NCBI GenBank assembly: GCA_002427425.1
Contig: DIRA01000025.1
Location: 921-64,920 of the forward strand
DNA: 64,000 nt
Reading direction: 5' to 3'
Origin: Clostridiales bacterium UBA5448
GTDB taxonomy: Bacteria > Bacillota > Clostridia > Oscillospirales > SIG627
Under the pieces are notes generated by a model that did no database searches, was not told the origin of the DNA, and was given only the letters and a program-made list of their open reading frames with translations. A program made the translations under genes and the position numbers. Of this stretch, positions 58,241 to 64,000 are shown in pieces (the stretch's first letter is position 1; each line of letters starts with the position of its first letter).

Positions 58241-61207
58241 TTATGCATTGCGCAGGCTCTTGTATATTTCATCAGTGAAATTTCCAAGCACCTGTCGCTT
58301 TATCTCGTTGCTGCTGAGAAGCAGAGAGAAGAAGTCCTGATTTTGTGATAGCCCTTCGATAAGGGCATCGTCTATATCGTCAAAATAAGAGAATTCAAAA
58401 TCTTTGACGGTGTTATTTTTCGCGCTTGTTTTCAGCTTTTCAGATTTCAACAGTAAGTCCCTGATCTGAAGCATGGCTTTGACCGCCACATCGTTATCAT
58501 AGGATTTTCCTGTCCGGCTGTTGATTTCCGCTATGATTTGGGACAGGCGCTCCTCCTTGGCTTCCGTCAAGCCGAAGCTTTCGGCGGTGGCGAGCTTTAC
58601 AACCGGCGAAGCGACCAGTTTGGGGTTTGCGACCTCATCGCCCTTTTTCTGCACAAAATTTGTAGCTTTGATTTTTCCATCAAGGTTATATCCGCCGCCC
58701 GGATGCTTAATATTGATGTATGCAAGCAGATAAGTCATAAAGTTGTATTTCTTATGCAAATCCACATCTTCAAAGCAGGACACCTGCAGCATGAACTCAT
58801 AGAAGCGCACGAAATGGCGCATCAGGGCAACAATTTCCTGCTGCTTCGCTATGTCATAATTTTCAATGAGGTTCTTTGCCTTTTTGAAATAGAATGTCAG
58901 TTTCTGCTTATCCTTGGATGAAATTTTGTCCTTGTAGAGCAGCTCGTTGGCTTTTTCAATATCGTCCGGGTCAAGAACGGTATATGCGTCGGTTTTTGCC
59001 TCAAGGTCATAAATAGCAGTCGGGGTGACGGAATTTGCAAGGAGTGTCGTTGTATAATACGGAGCGAACGCGTCCTGAATATCCTTGTAGTCATTCACAA
59101 AATCCAGCACAAAGGTCTTTTTCTCAAATGGCGGGCAAATACGGTTCAGGCGCGACAGCGTTTGCACTGCCGATACGCCTTTTAGCTTTTTCAGCACATA
59201 CATGGCGCACAGCTTTGGCTGGTCGAAGCCTGTCTGATACTTATTGGCAACCAGAAGAACCTGATAATCGTCGGTGTCAAAAGCCTTTGTCAGCTTGTCC
59301 TCGGAGAAGCCGTTCATGGAGGCTTCGGTGTATTCCGTGTCATCGTCCGGGAGCTTTACTTTGCCCGAAAAGGCTACAAGAGCGCGAATGTCGGAGTATC
59401 CCTTTTTCGTAATATAGTCCTCAAATGCTTGACGGTACTTTACTGCGCCCTGCCGGGATGCAGTGATGACCATAGCCTTTGCCATACCGCCCAGCTCTGT
59501 CATAACAGAGGTGCGGAAGTGCTCGACAATTACCTCTATCCGCTGCGCGATATTTGTTTCGTGCAGTTCCACGAAACGGGCAATTTGCCGTTTGGCATCC
59601 GTTGTCTTGCAGCGGGGATCGTCTTCAATTTCCTTATTTATCTGATAGAAGGTCTCATAGCGGGTGTAGTTTTGCAGCACATCCAGAATGAAGCCTTCTT
59701 CGATTGCCTGTTTCATGGAGTAAACATGGAAAGCAGCACGCTGTCCCTTTGTGTTCAGACGCCCGAATAGCTGAATCGTTGTTGGCTTCGGCGTGGCAGT
59801 AAACGCGAACATGGATACATTCGCTTGCTTGCCGTTGCGTTTGATTTCGTCAGTGATCATGTCCTCAACATCGGCAATATCCTGATCACCGGCTCCGAGG
59901 GACTGCGTAACAGCGGCCATATCTTTTCCGGCAGTGGAGGAGTGCGCCTCGTCAATGATTACGGCAAAGCGCTTATTCTTCAATCCAGCGACATTGTCCA
60001 CGATATACGGGAACTTTTGAATCGTGGTAGCAATGATTTTTGTATTGCCGTTCAGGGCAATTGCCAAGTCCGCCGAATTGCACTTATCATCCATAACGCG
60101 GATGAGCCCCGCCTTGTGCTCCATACCCATAATGGCTTGTTGAAGCTGGCGGTCAACCACCACGCGGTCAGTGACGATGATAATGTTGTCAAAGATGATT
60201 CTGTTGTCGGCATCGTGCAGCGATGTCAGCCGGTGCGCCAACCATGCGATGGAGTTCGTTTTGCCGGAACCGGCGCTGTGCTGAATCAGGTAATTTTGCG
60301 CTGTGCGATTTTCTTCTACATCCGCCAGCAGTTTACGAATGACATCGAGCTGGTGATAGCGCGGGAAAATAAGGTTCTCCGACTTTTTGATTTTGCCGGT
60401 AACCTCGTCCTCTTTTTCCTTCGTTTCGATAAAAATGAATTTGCTGATAAGGTCGAGAACGGTGTCCTTCGTCAGAATATCCTCCCACATATAAGACACG
60501 CTGTATTTGTCCTTAAAGGTGGGATTGCCCGCTCCGGCATTGACGCCTTCGCCGTTGCCGATATTAAACGGCAGGAAAAAAGTAGAATTGCCGTTTAGCT
60601 TTGTGGTCATATAGACCTCTTCCAAGTCCATCGCAAAATTCACCAGACAGCCCGCTTTGAAAAGGAATAGGCGGGTCTTCGGATTGCGATCAACGCGGAA
60701 CTGATAAATGGCATCCTGATAGGACTGACCGGCGGCGTTACACTTAAGTTCAAAGCTCATGATGGCAAGCCCGTTCAGGAAAATCACGAGGTCGATGCAC
60801 TCTTCGTCGCTTGCCCAAACCTCCTCCATAACAGAGAAGATGTTTTTATTGTATTTCTCCAGCAGCTCCTTGTTAAAGGTCGTTGCCGGCTTGGTGTACA
60901 TCAGCTCCAGCTTCATGCTGGAGATCTCAATGCCGTGTTTCAACACATCAAGCAGACTGCCGCGAGCTTTCGTTTCCTCGGCGTTGATAAAGCTGACGAT
61001 GGTGTCTTCCAAATCGTCCTTGTATATTTTGCGGAGGGCAGCCATCGCTTCGGGCTGCGTGTCGTTGAGAAAGCGGAACAGCAGCTCACGGTCTACGGCA
61101 AAAAAGCGGTCATAGCTGGTGGCTTTGCGGATGGTATAGCCGTTGTCCTGCTCCAACCGTTCCATGATGAAATGCTGATATTCTTTTTCAGATAGAATGT
61201 CATTCAT
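58241..61207 (-). CDS. hsdR: Type I restriction endonuclease subunit R
   Basis: N-terminal nuclease domain, SF2 helicase motifs (HSAGSGKTNS, VIIDEAHSS, FTATP, QTGFDQP), long helical C-terminus. 988 aa. Confidence 0.9.
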   Translation of the reverse strand: MNDILSEKEYQHFIMERLEQDNGYTIRKATSYDRFFAVDRELLFRFLNDTQPEAMAALRKIYKDDLEDTIVSFINAEETKARGSLLDVLKHGIEISSMKLELMYTKPATTFNKELLEKYNKNIFSVMEEVWASDEECIDLVIFLNGLAIMSFELKCNAAGQSYQDAIYQFRVDRNPKTRLFLFKAGCLVNFAMDLEEVYMTTKLNGNSTFFLPFNIGNGEGVNAGAGNPTFKDKYSVSYMWEDILTKDTVLDLISKFIFIETKEKEDEVTGKIKKSENLIFPRYHQLDVIRKLLADVEENRTAQNYLIQHSAGSGKTNSIAWLAHRLTSLHDADNRIIFDNIIIVTDRVVVDRQLQQAIMGMEHKAGLIRVMDDKCNSADLAIALNGNTKIIATTIQKFPYIVDNVAGLKNKRFAVIIDEAHSSTAGKDMAAVTQSLGAGDQDIADVEDMITDEIKRNGKQANVSMFAFTATPKPTTIQLFGRLNTKGQRAAFHVYSMKQAIEEGFILDVLQNYTRYETFYQINKEIEDDPRCKTTDAKRQIARFVELHETNIAQRIEVIVEHFRTSVMTELGGMAKAMVITASRQGAVKYRQAFEDYITKKGYSDIRALVAFSGKVKLPDDDTEYTEASMNGFSEDKLTKAFDTDDYQVLLVANKYQTGFDQPKLCAMYVLKKLKGVSAVQTLSRLNRICPPFEKKTFVLDFVNDYKDIQDAFAPYYTTTLLANSVTPTAIYDLEAKTDAYTVLDPDDIEKANELLYKDKISSKDKQKLTFYFKKAKNLIENYDIAKQQEIVALMRHFVRFYEFMLQVSCFEDVDLHKKYNFMTYLLAYINIKHPGGGYNLDGKIKATNFVQKKGDEVANPKLVASPVVKLATAESFGLTEAKEERLSQIIAEINSRTGKSYDNDVAVKAMLQIRDLLLKSEKLKTSAKNNTVKDFEFSYFDDIDDALIEGLSQNQDFFSLLLSSNEIKRQVLGNFTDEIYKSLRNA

Positions 61208-62472
61208 GAAATCGGCACCTCCTTTTTCCCTGTGACATACTCAAAGATGAGTGATTTTTTATATTCGTCAAGTGTTGCAAGCTGCGACTGCTTGTCCGAG
61301 ATTACAGCATTGATCTCGTTGGACTTTTTATCAAGATAATCGGCAATTTCATTCTGCTCATCAACAGGCGGATAAGGGACATATGTGTTACCAAAATCCG
61401 CAAACGCAATATTTTTACCATCTCTAAGCGTCATTGTATACGAATTCATCTTTTCAATAAATCCGCTTTCCTTAAAGAGATACTTGTAATACCCATCTGC
61501 GATTTCAACAATTGCATGGAAGACCTGATAAGCAGGTGAAACGACACCTTCATATTCGGAATATTCAAAACCACCTTGAAAACTTCTGAGGCTAATGCAA
61601 TAGTCGCCTTTATGAATTGTTTTCAGGAGTGCCAAATCAGCTTTTTCATTCAATTTAACTGCGCTCATACCAGACAGCTCTTCATATTGAGCTTGTGGGA
61701 TAACTCCATATTTTTGAGTAGGAGAGAGTAACTGCAATTCTATATAATTTCCTCGTTGATTTCGTTGCACAAATAGGTACTTTCCTTTTTGTGTATTCCA
61801 AGAAGTAGGAATCTTTCCAATCCATTCTATCCCGCTGTCCTTCATATCAGTATCGGGGTTCAGCCCCTTCGTGACTGCTTCTGTAATAACGGAACGCTTA
61901 TACTGCTCCAGCGTATCAATTTGCGATTGAATATCAGCGGTCAGCGCATCAATCTCGTCGCATTTTTTATTGAGAAATGCAGATATGTCTTGCTGTTCTG
62001 TCAATGGCGGCACAACTGTAGGAACGGCTCCAAGCTGATCTTCTGTAAGTGAATGTCTTAGATTCTTAGCCAAATGCAAAAGAGTTTTGTCCATATCGAG
62101 CATTGTATAATAATAGCAATAGTATGATGCATCTGTATTTGCTGTTAATACGAACTGACTGTATGCAGGACTTGTTACTCCTTCCTTCTTAATTAAGCCC
62201 ACACATCGGGGGGTAACATCAATGTCAAACAAGCACATTAAAAGGTTCCCGGCGCATATGCGCTGATAACCATCAAAGGAAGTTGGCATTTTCCCTCCGG
62301 CATCTAAATCTCTAACAATAACCCCCTTCATTGTTAGGGACAGAATGTCTTCGCCATTATAAATCGGGCAAATTTCTTTTACCTTATGCATAAGGTATTT
62401 GTTAGGCATAACTTCCCAGTTTGCTGGTATGCTCTTTACCCACTCAATTCCGCTATCTTTCATCTCACGCAT
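61204..62472 (-). CDS. hsdS: Type I restriction-modification specificity subunit S
   Basis: Two target-recognition domains, each preceded by MKDSGIEW(V/I)..IP..W and followed by conserved coiled-coil repeats (QIDTLEQYKRSVITEAVTKG / QLATLDEYKKSLIFEYVTGK). Confidence 0.9.
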   Translation of the reverse strand: MREMKDSGIEWVKSIPANWEVMPNKYLMHKVKEICPIYNGEDILSLTMKGVIVRDLDAGGKMPTSFDGYQRICAGNLLMCLFDIDVTPRCVGLIKKEGVTSPAYSQFVLTANTDASYYCYYYTMLDMDKTLLHLAKNLRHSLTEDQLGAVPTVVPPLTEQQDISAFLNKKCDEIDALTADIQSQIDTLEQYKRSVITEAVTKGLNPDTDMKDSGIEWIGKIPTSWNTQKGKYLFVQRNQRGNYIELQLLSPTQKYGVIPQAQYEELSGMSAVKLNEKADLALLKTIHKGDYCISLRSFQGGFEYSEYEGVVSPAYQVFHAIVEIADGYYKYLFKESGFIEKMNSYTMTLRDGKNIAFADFGNTYVPYPPVDEQNEIADYLDKKSNEINAVISDKQSQLATLDEYKKSLIFEYVTGKKEVPIS

Positions 62473-62851
62473 CAGCGGGCACCTCCGTTTGGGGCTTCTT
62501 TTTGTGGCTACGGATGAAAAGCGTCACTGCCGCCACGATTCCGGCAACTGCCGCGACTCCACCCAGAATGCACAACACCATAACCCAGTTTGCAGTAAGC
62601 CATTTAACAGCAACAATCACGCCATAGGTGACTGCCCACAGTGCGATAAACAGCACAGCACGAATCAGCCAGTGCATGAAGGTGCCGCTTGTCCTACCGC
62701 CAATGGCACCGCTGCGATACAGATCGCCCACACAACTGTACGCGATACTGACAGCCACAGCTCCGATGACCGTCAAAATCAAATACTCCCAATACCACTC
62801 AATGGGCAATCCAAGAGGGTCTGTCAGTATGCCAAATAAAAATTTGAACAT
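62465..62851 (-). CDS. Uncharacterised 128-aa four-TM membrane protein embedded between hsdM and hsdS
   Basis: AAGGGGGA RBS 7 nt before ATG 62851. Four hydrophobic helices and a basic C-terminal tail (RSHKKKPQTE). Its stop overlaps the hsdS start by 8 nt. Confidence 0.7.
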   Translation of the reverse strand: MFKFLFGILTDPLGLPIEWYWEYLILTVIGAVAVSIAYSCVGDLYRSGAIGGRTSGTFMHWLIRAVLFIALWAVTYGVIVAVKWLTANWVMVLCILGGVAAVAGIVAAVTLFIRSHKKKPQTEVPADA

Positions 62852-62866
62852 TCATTTTCCCCCTTG

Positions 62867-64000
62867 TTATTCAAATAGTTTCGCCACACGCTCGCTGACC
62901 GAAAGCTCCAGCTCTGTAAAACGGGCTTCCAACTCCTCGCTGGGCGTGGGTTGTTGATATTTGTAGAAATAGCGTGTGAATGGGATCTCTGCACCGGTCT
63001 TGATGACCGGCTTTTTTGCGCCGAGATTTTCCTCAAAGAACGCAGCAGCGTCAGGGATATGAGGCAGCACCTCTCGCGCCATATAGGTGTCGATATCTTC
63101 TTCAAATTTGACGATTTCGGTGTCCTTCGTCTCCTTGTCGTAGATGATATTGCCCTTTTTGTCGTGCTGTACCTTGGCGCTTTTATCCATAGCGGACAGC
63201 CCGTCGGCGATCTTGTCGATGAGCTTTTTGTCGGCGGTCGCACCAGCAAGCGCTTTTGTCAATACCGGCAGAAACTCTTTGTCCGTAAGATAGACTTTTT
63301 CGGATATAGCCGCTTCCAAAGCGGCGACCACGGCGTCAAACACCGGCTTATTGTTCTGATAATTTTCCAGCTTCTTTGCGTCCTTGCCGGTGAGCTCCTC
63401 GGCATTTTCAAGTTCCTCAACCTTTGCCTCATCGTAGAGCGAGAAGAGGGAGCCTTTTGAGAGCATGGCCTGAATGCGCTCCTCCGTGATGGCATAGCTG
63501 CGCTGGAGGGGCTGCATTACCGCATATTCACGGTAAATGAACTCCTCATTCATATAGATTTTACAAACCTCGTTTTCTTCAAAATCTGCATACAGCTTCG
63601 TAATGGTGCTGCGGTCTTCCGGGGCAATTTCGTTTTTCTTGTTGCCCAGTGCCTTGCGGAGTTTGTGGTATATCTGCGAAGCGTCGATGAGCTGAATCTT
63701 GCCTTTGCGCTCGGCGCGTTTATTCTTAGAAAGTACCCAGATATAGGTGGCAATTCCGGTGTTGTAGAACAGGTCTGTCGGCATGGCAATGATCGCTTCA
63801 ATCAAATCGCTTTCCAGCAGCCAGCGACGGATCTGGCTCTCACCGGACGCCGTGCCGCCGGAGAACAGCGGACTGCCATTCTCAATGATGGCGCAGCGAC
63901 CTAAATTGTCATCCAGCTTGTTAATAGCGGACTGCAAAAACAGCATCTGCATATCGCCGGAACCGGGCAGCCCGGCACCCCAACGACCGTCAGAGCCTTT
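62867..64000 (-). CDS. hsdM: Type I restriction-modification N6-adenine DNA methyltransferase subunit M (partial, 5' end off-window)
   Basis: The frame is open to the window edge. It has the post-catalytic HsdM region (GSPLFSGGTASGESQIRRWLLE.DLIEAIIAMP..LFYNTGIATYIWVL) and a long helical C-terminal extension. Confidence 0.9.
   Translation of the reverse strand, partial: KGSDGRWGAGLPGSGDMQMLFLQSAINKLDDNLGRCAIIENGSPLFSGGTASGESQIRRWLLESDLIEAIIAMPTDLFYNTGIATYIWVLSKNKRAERKGKIQLIDASQIYHKLRKALGNKKNEIAPEDRSTITKLYADFEENEVCKIYMNEEFIYREYAVMQPLQRSYAITEERIQAMLSKGSLFSLYDEAKVEELENAEELTGKDAKKLENYQNNKPVFDAVVAALEAAISEKVYLTDKEFLPVLTKALAGATADKKLIDKIADGLSAMDKSAKVQHDKKGNIIYDKETKDTEIVKFEEDIDTYMAREVLPHIPDAAAFFEENLGAKKPVIKTGAEIPFTRYFYKYQQPTPSEELEARFTELELSVSERVAKLFE

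Noticed and set aside
59825-60598. 257-aa plus-strand ORF
   Set aside because: It is antisense to the helicase core of hsdR. It has no RBS and an implausible sequence.
61204-62472. Possible phase-variable hsdS (internal repeats MKDSGIEW.. at both TRD starts)
   Set aside because: The DNA copies are diverged rather than identical. Only one hsdS is present, and no recombinase or inverted hsdS fragment is seen in the window. The repeats are the normal conserved regions of HsdS.

Overview
This 64 kb window looks like a chromosome segment from a spore-forming Firmicutes, probably Clostridia-like. All function calls come from reading motifs in the supplied translations and DNA; no database search was run.

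- **1-38.3 kb, housekeeping core.** It holds the fba 3' end, pdxK plus an ECF S-component, pepP, efp, lysS, greA, ftsEX with an M23 peptidase, rsmE, recR-ybaB-dnaX with the SRP RNA upstream, and rpiB. It also holds metY, sdaAA/AB, CotF/SleB-type spore genes, a DeoR-linked E2-E3-fused-E1(alpha/beta)-LplA 2-oxoacid dehydrogenase operon, and yerC-methyltransferase-metA.
- **38.3-50.4 kb, accessory-looking DNA that appears AT-richer by eye.** It holds an ABC transporter pair, orphan ORFs, a complete type IV pilus cluster (pilA, pilD, pilC, pilMNO, three pilin-like genes, pilB) and thiamine pyrophosphokinase.
- **50.4-53.6 kb, patchy or decayed.** It holds a PHP-hydrolase pseudogene, a SigI/RsgI-like pair with a 45-bp coding tandem repeat, and a possibly frameshifted TM2-domain gene.
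- **53.6-64.0 kb, a defence island that appears GC-richer by eye and runs off the window.** A conjugative-element hydrolase fragment is followed by seven tightly coupled minus-strand genes. In order they are hsdM, a 128-aa four-TM protein, hsdS, hsdR, an EVE-domain McrB, mcrC, and a DUF559/Vsr-like nuclease-fold protein.

The most plausible novelty is this fused Type I plus Type IV block and its two unassigned inserts. Secondary curiosities are a P-type-ATPase-like protein lacking the catalytic motifs, a Cys/Asp/Glu-only tail on the efp-linked CD1247-like protein, and a perfect 24-nt palindrome between greA and lysS. I recognised no rRNA, tRNA, CRISPR array, integrase or transposase.
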